From Candidatus Levyibacteriota bacterium (GTDB lineage Bacteria > Patescibacteriota > Microgenomatia > Levybacterales > UBA12049), in the NCBI GenBank assembly GCA_963790825.1, contig CAWBPM010000002.1, forward strand, positions 551,159 through 615,158: a stretch of 64,000 nucleotides of DNA. Direction: 5' to 3'. This document shows positions 58,799-64,000 of the stretch, one piece after another (the stretch's first letter is position 1; each line of letters opens with the position of its first letter). The position numbers were made by a program, and so were the translations under genes. Under the pieces are notes generated by a model, which had not been told where the DNA came from, ran no database searches, and worked only from the letters and a program-made list of their open reading frames with translations.

Positions 58799-61036
58799 TT
58801 ACTTTGTTCCCTCGTCCAGAATCATAACATCCTTATTAGGATCGAATTGTCCATCTTGCGGAACATACGCGATAACTTGTTTAAGAGAGTTATTCATTTG
58901 AATCAGGTGTCCGTCGTTTTGTAAACGAAATCTTCCGTCATTTTCAGAAACACCTCTATGTCCGATAAACCAATTTGTGTCAGGAGGCATACTCATGTTG
59001 GCGAGTAGTGCCCGCACTCCCAGCGTAACATTGGTATCTGTATTATCAGTCCAGGTTAATTGTTCAGTTGCTTCTTTATCTCTCCTGACAACTTCTTCCG
59101 GTTCCAAAATTTTTTCAGGAGCCGTATGAGAAACTAATAAGTTCTTTCCCTTTACCATGAGCGGGAGTGCCGCTTCAAATTCCGCCCATTTCTTAAGAAA
59201 ATCTTCTCCGAAATTCTTCAGCACCCATTTCTTTACCATATCTGACTGTTCAATACCACCTTTTGAATAACTTGCAATTGCTTCCGCCATGTCATCGTGG
59301 TTTCCTCGTACGAAGTGGAAATTCTGTGGAAACATTGATTTCAAATCCATGACCATTTTCATGGTATCTAAAGATCGCATCATCTCCTCATCCATAAATC
59401 TTTTATATTCCCCAACTTTAGCTTGTGTATAACGTGGCCTAAAACTAAGTGCCCGTGGATCGGTTGATCTAAGGAATAAATCTTCTTGCCCAGAATCAGA
59501 AGAGGGTATCGACATACCAGGATATAATTGTTTAAGAAGCTCTTCCCGCTCTGCAGCTGCCTTTCCGTATTCTGTTTGTCTGATATTTCCCACCTCATCT
59601 TCTACGGTTTTTTGTAAACCCCATTTGTATAACATTTCCGAGTGCATGCCGTCGCCGACGCAGACGACATTTATTTTTCCCTGTTTTAATAAGTCGTATA
59701 CTGTCTCTGTTTGACCATCAAGCTTCTTCGCCATTACTTTCGCCAGGAAATCCCGTCTCGCATGCAGATCCGGAACTACTATAGTCGGAATCCCATCCTG
59801 CAGTTTCACAATTCCTTCTGTTCCTTTCAGAGCTTCCATAGCTCTCTGAAGTGAAGTTTCATATACTTCTTGATGTTCCACTTTTGGTTTCAACGTATCT
59901 TTTTCTGCAAATTTCTGAAGAGCTTCCAGACTTTCTGTAACATTCCCAGTTTCTGTTTCCGGCTTAACCGCTGGTGTGCTATCGACAGTAACTGCAGAAG
60001 ACGTTGTTTCGATTCCGCTTTGCGACGCAGGTAATTGACCGACCCCGCCAGTTATTTGATCTATTTCCTCCTGAGTCGGTATTGACCCATTTCCATTCGT
60101 TGCTGGTTCTGTCGATGGCTTGAAAGGAACTGTTCCTTGAAGTGGGTGATGTCCATTTGCTGAAGTTGAGCCATTTTGGCTTATTCTGTCTTCCTCACGT
60201 ATTTTCAAAACTTCTCCCCACATCCGCTCAAGTATTTCCTGAGACCGTCCGGTTGGCAGTTCGTCTTTTGTATCATTTGCTTCTTTCAGTATTCCTGGCA
60301 GGCTTATACTTAGCCGTTCACCAGCCAAAACGGTTTCGATAATGATATCAGGGGAATCCTTACCACCAAACATACTAAGCATCCATTTCATTTGTCCCAG
60401 ACGCTCTTCAAGCTTTTTATATTCATCCGGCGTCTTAATATATTCCTTTCCATTTGTTACGCCAGATATAACATCATTGATAAAAGTGTCCATATCACTT
60501 TCCTTGTTTGGTCCGTAAAAATACCTTTCGTAGAGAACATCTGTGGCATATTCCGCATCTTCTTTCTTTCCTGAAGTGAAATTGACGTTTCTTCCTCCCG
60601 GATTTTGCCTTTCCAGATCTGCACTTATCGTCTGTCCCAGTTCGTCTAAAATAGCTTTTCGATCAGGATTCTCTATATATTTTTTAAACTTTTCGCTTTG
60701 CAGCACTGCTGCAGTACTTTTTTTCCACTCATTTATTCTCTCCTCTGCCGGAACATCTGTTTTACCTTCCCAATATGTCTTCCGCTCTTCTTCTGAAATT
60801 CGCTCGATAACCCTCCTCTTTATTAATAAATTAGGATCACCATCAGAAGCTTCAAAGTCTTGTTCTGTGATATCAGGTTTTAGTTCGGCAAGTGAACGTG
60901 TAGGATTAAGCGCCTCAACGTTGTTATAAGCAAGCCGTATCTGTACCGGATTCACTGAAGAAACAGCTTCCGTTTCCGGATTTTTTTGCGATTCTATACC
61001 GGGATCAACTGGTCTTTGTAAAGTTTCAACTGCCAT
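58799..61036 (-). CDS. large orphan protein with a C-terminal PPP/calcineurin-like metallophosphoesterase domain
   Basis: Ordered motifs VVPDLHAR, VGDGMH, RGNHDD, LLVSHTAPE and IGHRGV correspond to the D-x-H / GD / GNH(D/E) / H / GH pattern. Confidence 0.55.
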   Translation of the reverse strand: MAVETLQRPVDPGIESQKNPETEAVSSVNPVQIRLAYNNVEALNPTRSLAELKPDITEQDFEASDGDPNLLIKRRVIERISEEERKTYWEGKTDVPAEERINEWKKSTAAVLQSEKFKKYIENPDRKAILDELGQTISADLERQNPGGRNVNFTSGKKEDAEYATDVLYERYFYGPNKESDMDTFINDVISGVTNGKEYIKTPDEYKKLEERLGQMKWMLSMFGGKDSPDIIIETVLAGERLSISLPGILKEANDTKDELPTGRSQEILERMWGEVLKIREEDRISQNGSTSANGHHPLQGTVPFKPSTEPATNGNGSIPTQEEIDQITGGVGQLPASQSGIETTSSAVTVDSTPAVKPETETGNVTESLEALQKFAEKDTLKPKVEHQEVYETSLQRAMEALKGTEGIVKLQDGIPTIVVPDLHARRDFLAKVMAKKLDGQTETVYDLLKQGKINVVCVGDGMHSEMLYKWGLQKTVEDEVGNIRQTEYGKAAAEREELLKQLYPGMSIPSSDSGQEDLFLRSTDPRALSFRPRYTQAKVGEYKRFMDEEMMRSLDTMKMVMDLKSMFPQNFHFVRGNHDDMAEAIASYSKGGIEQSDMVKKWVLKNFGEDFLKKWAEFEAALPLMVKGKNLLVSHTAPEKILEPEEVVRRDKEATEQLTWTDNTDTNVTLGVRALLANMSMPPDTNWFIGHRGVSENDGRFRLQNDGHLIQMNNSLKQVIAYVPQDGQFDPNKDVMILDEGTK

Positions 61037-61172
61037 ATTTCTTACCTTTCAATCGTATTTTACTCTCATACAGCTTTTGGTTCAAGTTTATCTGCCGATT
61101 TATCCTACCCTATTACTTTCTTATTACACTTTCTTGATATTTTTATGATAATTGGATAACAGTTTCGCAGAT

Positions 61173-61253
61173 GTCATTCTGGAGCGAAGCGATAGAATCC
61201 CCGGAAATAAAAATAAGATCCTATCGTCCAGCAGAGCCGGACTCCAGGATGAC
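61173..61253. repeat. palindromic MITE-like element, copy B (terminal inverted repeats gtcattctggag / ctccaggatgac)
   Basis: The 27-bp 5' module is identical to copy A. 12-bp near-perfect terminal inverted repeats. Lies 15 bp downstream of the uppS stop. Confidence 0.6.
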
Positions 61254-61267
61254 GTGCCTAACAGAAG

Positions 61268-61948
61268 CTATTTTCCAAATCTTCTCTCTCTGCTGGCAAA
61301 TTCTTCCAAGGCAATATCAAATTGGTGTTCGTCAAAATCAGGCCAATAGACATCAGGAAAATAAAGTTCGCTATATACTCCCTGCCAGGGCAAAAACCCG
61401 CTAAGCCGCTGTTCTCCGCCGGTTCGGATAATCAGATCAGGATCCGGTTGATCCGTCGTATATAAATAGTGATTAAATGTTTTCTCATCCAGTTCTTTCG
61501 CTTTCTCAGCAAGGATTTGTTTAACTGCACGTAAAATCTCCGCTCTCCCGCCGTAGTTTAAGGCAATATTCACCGTGATTGCCGTATTTTGCTTGGTATC
61601 ATCGATTAAATCCACAAGCATTTTCTGAATATCTTCAGGAAACCGTCCGAGTTCTCCTAAGACAATAATCTTCACTTTATTTTTCTTCAGCTTTTTTATA
61701 ATTGGACCTGAAAAAAACTTACGGAATATTTCCATAAGTAGGGTTACTTCCTGCTCTTCCCGATTCCAGTTTTCAGTAGAGAATGCCCAGAAGGTAACAA
61801 AGGGAATTTTAAGTTTTATCGCATGCTCTACGATATCTTCGACCCGATTGACGCCTTTCGTGTGCCCGACAGATATAGGAAGCCCTCGCTGTCTCGCCCA
61901 GCGTCTATTTCCGTCCATAATAAAAGCAATATGCGAAGGTTTTGTCAT
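61268..61948 (-). CDS. uppS: undecaprenyl diphosphate synthase
   Basis: HIAFIMDGNRRWA...GHTKG cis-prenyltransferase motifs. Confidence 0.9.
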   Translation of the reverse strand: MTKPSHIAFIMDGNRRWARQRGLPISVGHTKGVNRVEDIVEHAIKLKIPFVTFWAFSTENWNREEQEVTLLMEIFRKFFSGPIIKKLKKNKVKIIVLGELGRFPEDIQKMLVDLIDDTKQNTAITVNIALNYGGRAEILRAVKQILAEKAKELDEKTFNHYLYTTDQPDPDLIIRTGGEQRLSGFLPWQGVYSELYFPDVYWPDFDEHQFDIALEEFASRERRFGK

Positions 61949-63474
61949 GAAAGTTTTTTAATCTTTGTACCCGATTTACTGTCTTCGATATCAAAGCCCA
62001 GTTTTTTTATTTTATTTCTGATTTGATCCGCTTGGTCAAAATGATTGTGTTTGCGAAGTTCTTTCCGTTCCTTGATAAGCTGTGTTATTTCATCCGGCAC
62101 TTCCAAAGGTAAACGCATGGAATGGGTATTGAAATATTCCTCAAGTCCAAGCCCCAGTACTTCGTCCATCCGGAAAATACTATTTAATTTGCTGTCCGGC
62201 GCGTGGTCAGACTTTACCAATTCCCACAAAATTGCCAGCGCTTCAGGCGTATTTAAATCATTATTCAAAGAGATTAGAAACCGTTCTTCAAATTCTGCTG
62301 CCCTGCTTTCTCCGACTCGCAAATTAACGATGCTCTCACGCAGATGATTCAATGCATTTTGTGCTGCTTCGAGAGCGGGGAAAGTAAAGTTCATCTCCTG
62401 GCGGTAATGGGTTTGCAGATACAGATAACGCAGGGCTAATGGATCAAAATTTTCTTTTTCCAAATCATACAGCCGGTAAATATTTTTTAAGCTTTTACTC
62501 ATTTTTTGGCCTTGTATTAACATCATTTGCCCATGAACCCAATAATTAATCCATGGATGCTTACCGGTTGCTGCTTCAGACTGTGCAACTTCATTGACAT
62601 GGTGCACCGGTAAAATATCAACTCCTCCTGTATGAATATCAAAATGTTCCCCAAGATATTTCATACTCATAGCAGAGCATTCAATATGCCAGCCGGGAAA
62701 CCCAACTCCCCAAGGGCTCTCCCATTCCATCTGCCTTTTTTCTGTCGCTGTCATCCCCGACTTGATCGGGGATCCAGTCTTTTGGTTTTCTGGATTCCCG
62801 CCTTCGCGGGAATGACGATTATATTCCTCCAACGTTACTCCTCCCGGATAACTAAACTTCCACAGCGCAAAATCAGTTGGGTTACGTTTTTGCAGATTTA
62901 TTTCAACCCGTGCCCCTTCTTGCAGATTTTTAAGGTCTAATTGCGCCAGTTCCCCATACCCCTTTGACCTACTTGTATCAAAATAAATACCGTCATCAAT
63001 TTGATAGGCAAATCCTTTATCTAATAATTTTTGCACCAAAGCAATTTGTTCAGGAATATGTTGTGTTGGCCGTGGTCGTTCATTTGGTTCAGTGAGATGC
63101 AGCGCTTTCCAATCTTTGAGAAAAACATCAGCATAGAAATCGGCAATTTCCCAGGCTGTTTTACCTGTAAGGCGTGCGCCTTTTTCCATTTTATCTTCAC
63201 CCGTATCGCCATCAGATACCAGATGCCCGACATCAGTGATATTCATAACCCAGGTTACGCTGTCACCATTTAGTTGCAAGGTTCTGACTAAAATATCGGC
63301 TGTTGTGTAGGTTCTGAAATTACCAATATGGGCGAAGTCGTAGACCGTCGGACCGCAGCTATACATTTTTACTTTCCCATTTTCAATCGGCTTAAAATCT
63401 TCAATTTTCCGAGTCAGCGTATTATAAAGCTTGAGCATACGAGGATTATATACCACTCCGCTTTGATTTTGCAA
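61945..63474 (-). CDS. cysS: cysteinyl-tRNA synthetase carrying an in-frame palindromic-element insertion
   Basis: [13 protein letters not shown] (HIGH), GWHIECSAM and KMSKS motifs. The extra segment [23 protein letters not shown] lies between ALWK and WESPWG. Confidence 0.9.
   Translation of the reverse strand: MQNQSGVVYNPRMLKLYNTLTRKIEDFKPIENGKVKMYSCGPTVYDFAHIGNFRTYTTADILVRTLQLNGDSVTWVMNITDVGHLVSDGDTGEDKMEKGARLTGKTAWEIADFYADVFLKDWKALHLTEPNERPRPTQHIPEQIALVQKLLDKGFAYQIDDGIYFDTSRSKGYGELAQLDLKNLQEGARVEINLQKRNPTDFALWKFSYPGGVTLEEYNRHSREGGNPENQKTGSPIKSGMTATEKRQMEWESPWGVGFPGWHIECSAMSMKYLGEHFDIHTGGVDILPVHHVNEVAQSEAATGKHPWINYWVHGQMMLIQGQKMSKSLKNIYRLYDLEKENFDPLALRYLYLQTHYRQEMNFTFPALEAAQNALNHLRESIVNLRVGESRAAEFEERFLISLNNDLNTPEALAILWELVKSDHAPDSKLNSIFRMDEVLGLGLEEYFNTHSMRLPLEVPDEITQLIKERKELRKHNHFDQADQIRNKIKKLGFDIEDSKSGTKIKKLS
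62750..62817 (-). repeat. palindromic element copy C, inserted in-frame in cysS
   Basis: gtcattcccgcgaaggcgggaatccag...ccccgatcaagtcggggatgac. Termini are gtcattccc / ggggatgac. Read on the opposite strand it gives the familiar spurious WIPAFAGMT peptide. Confidence 0.65.
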
Positions 63475-63482
63475 AATTTTGG

Positions 63483-63608
63483 CTATACCTTATTTCTTTT
63501 CCTTTTCTCTTTATCAATTCCATCTACGATGCGCCACAGCATCCAGGCAGTAACGAATGCACCAACGATGAGTCCGACACCGATAAGAATAAGAAAAAAG
63601 TTCAGCAT
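63483..63608 (-). CDS. possible 41-aa membrane peptide upstream of cysS
   Basis: MLNFFLILIGVGLIVGAFVTAWMLWRIVDGIDKEKRKRNKV. No clear ribosome-binding site. Confidence 0.3.
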   Translation of the reverse strand: MLNFFLILIGVGLIVGAFVTAWMLWRIVDGIDKEKRKRNKV

Positions 63609-63683
63609 GACAAGATAAATAAATTATAAGCTCTTAATTTTCCTTGCAATTCTAAATTCTGAATTGTAAATTATAAATTCTTT

Positions 63684-63890
63684 TTATCCGCTGAATCCGA
63701 CTTTGTTCTCAGCTGAGGTTTGCGCACGGGTTACGGCAAGCGGCGGTAATTTCTCTTTATCGTCAAGCTGTAGCTGCTGCAATTTTTCCTGCTCTTCCCG
63801 TTCAACTTTTTCTGCCGGCTTTTCTTCCTCTTTTTTCCTATCCGGATCAAACGTCGGTTTATAATAAACATTCGTATGTTGTTCATTCAA
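63684..63890 (-). CDS. small charged hypothetical protein
   Basis: 68 aa, Glu/Lys-rich. Bounded by an in-frame TGA just upstream. Confidence 0.4.
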   Translation of the reverse strand: MNEQHTNVYYKPTFDPDRKKEEEKPAEKVEREEQEKLQQLQLDDKEKLPPLAVTRAQTSAENKVGFSG

Positions 63891-64000
63891 GAGTTTTATT
63901 TTTTTTCTCGTTTCTTCCAGACTTTTTTGATCATCTGAACCTGGTTGTTGAGAATTAGTTACTATTTGCTGTGAGACCTGAGTTGATTGTTGTGCTGAAG

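Noticed and set aside
61171-61404. 77-aa plus-strand ORF
   Set aside because: It is a translation of repeat copy B plus the antisense of the uppS 3' end.
62632-62940. 102-aa plus-strand ORF containing WIPAFAGMT
   Set aside because: Antisense to cysS. The peptide is the well-known artefactual translation of the palindromic element.
63328-63618. 96-aa plus-strand ORF
   Set aside because: Antisense to the cysS 5' region and to the small minus-strand peptide. No motif.
1-64000. CRISPR arrays, rRNA genes, canonical tRNAs
   Set aside because: No regularly spaced direct repeats. No GGTTCGAATCC-type T-loops with matching acceptor stems were found in the intergenic regions examined. The manual scan is not exhaustive.

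Overview
This 64 kb window is low-GC (about 38-40%) and gene-dense, with many small or unannotatable ORFs and leaderless-looking starts. That pattern fits a reduced-genome bacterium of the CPR/Patescibacteria type, though this is inference only.

Recognisable housekeeping genes:
- PurE, PurB and a predicted phosphoribosyltransferase.
- Glutamate dehydrogenase lying convergent, 2 bp apart, with an archaeal-type PEP carboxylase.
- GpsA, a SufS-type cysteine desulfurase, peptide deformylase, class A PBP, UppS and CysS.
- An ABC-2 exporter pair, an LCP-family protein, a CE4 deacetylase and a GH18 enzyme.

Accessory content interleaved with these:
- Two different IS481-like insertion sequences.
- A Fic protein with an overlapping upstream partner ORF.
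- Two VOC/glyoxalase proteins, two NUDIX proteins and a DinB-like protein.
- Surface Ig-like repeat and PQQ beta-propeller proteins.

Features not explained by ordinary gene content:
- A family of 70-80 bp palindromic MITE/REP-like elements with GTCATTC termini (three copies). One copy sits in-frame inside cysS and adds about 22 aa to CysS.
- Two independent duplications of the 3'-terminal 80-95 bp of genes (purE and the 8217-8621 gene). Their extra copies lie 2-6 kb downstream in nested, direct orientation, which resembles att-site footprints of old integrations.
- A convergent pair of very large orphan proteins. One is 890 aa with a coiled coil, two glycine-zipper hydrophobic segments and a C-terminal domain, followed 7 bp later by a 152-aa ORF. 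The other is 745 aa with a PPP-like metallophosphoesterase C-terminus. They sit beside the Fic/IS481 cluster and are the best candidate here for an undescribed effector or toxin-immunity system.
- Two structured non-coding regions: 1750-2045, and the leader of the VIT transporter gene.

No CRISPR array, rRNA or convincing tRNA was seen.
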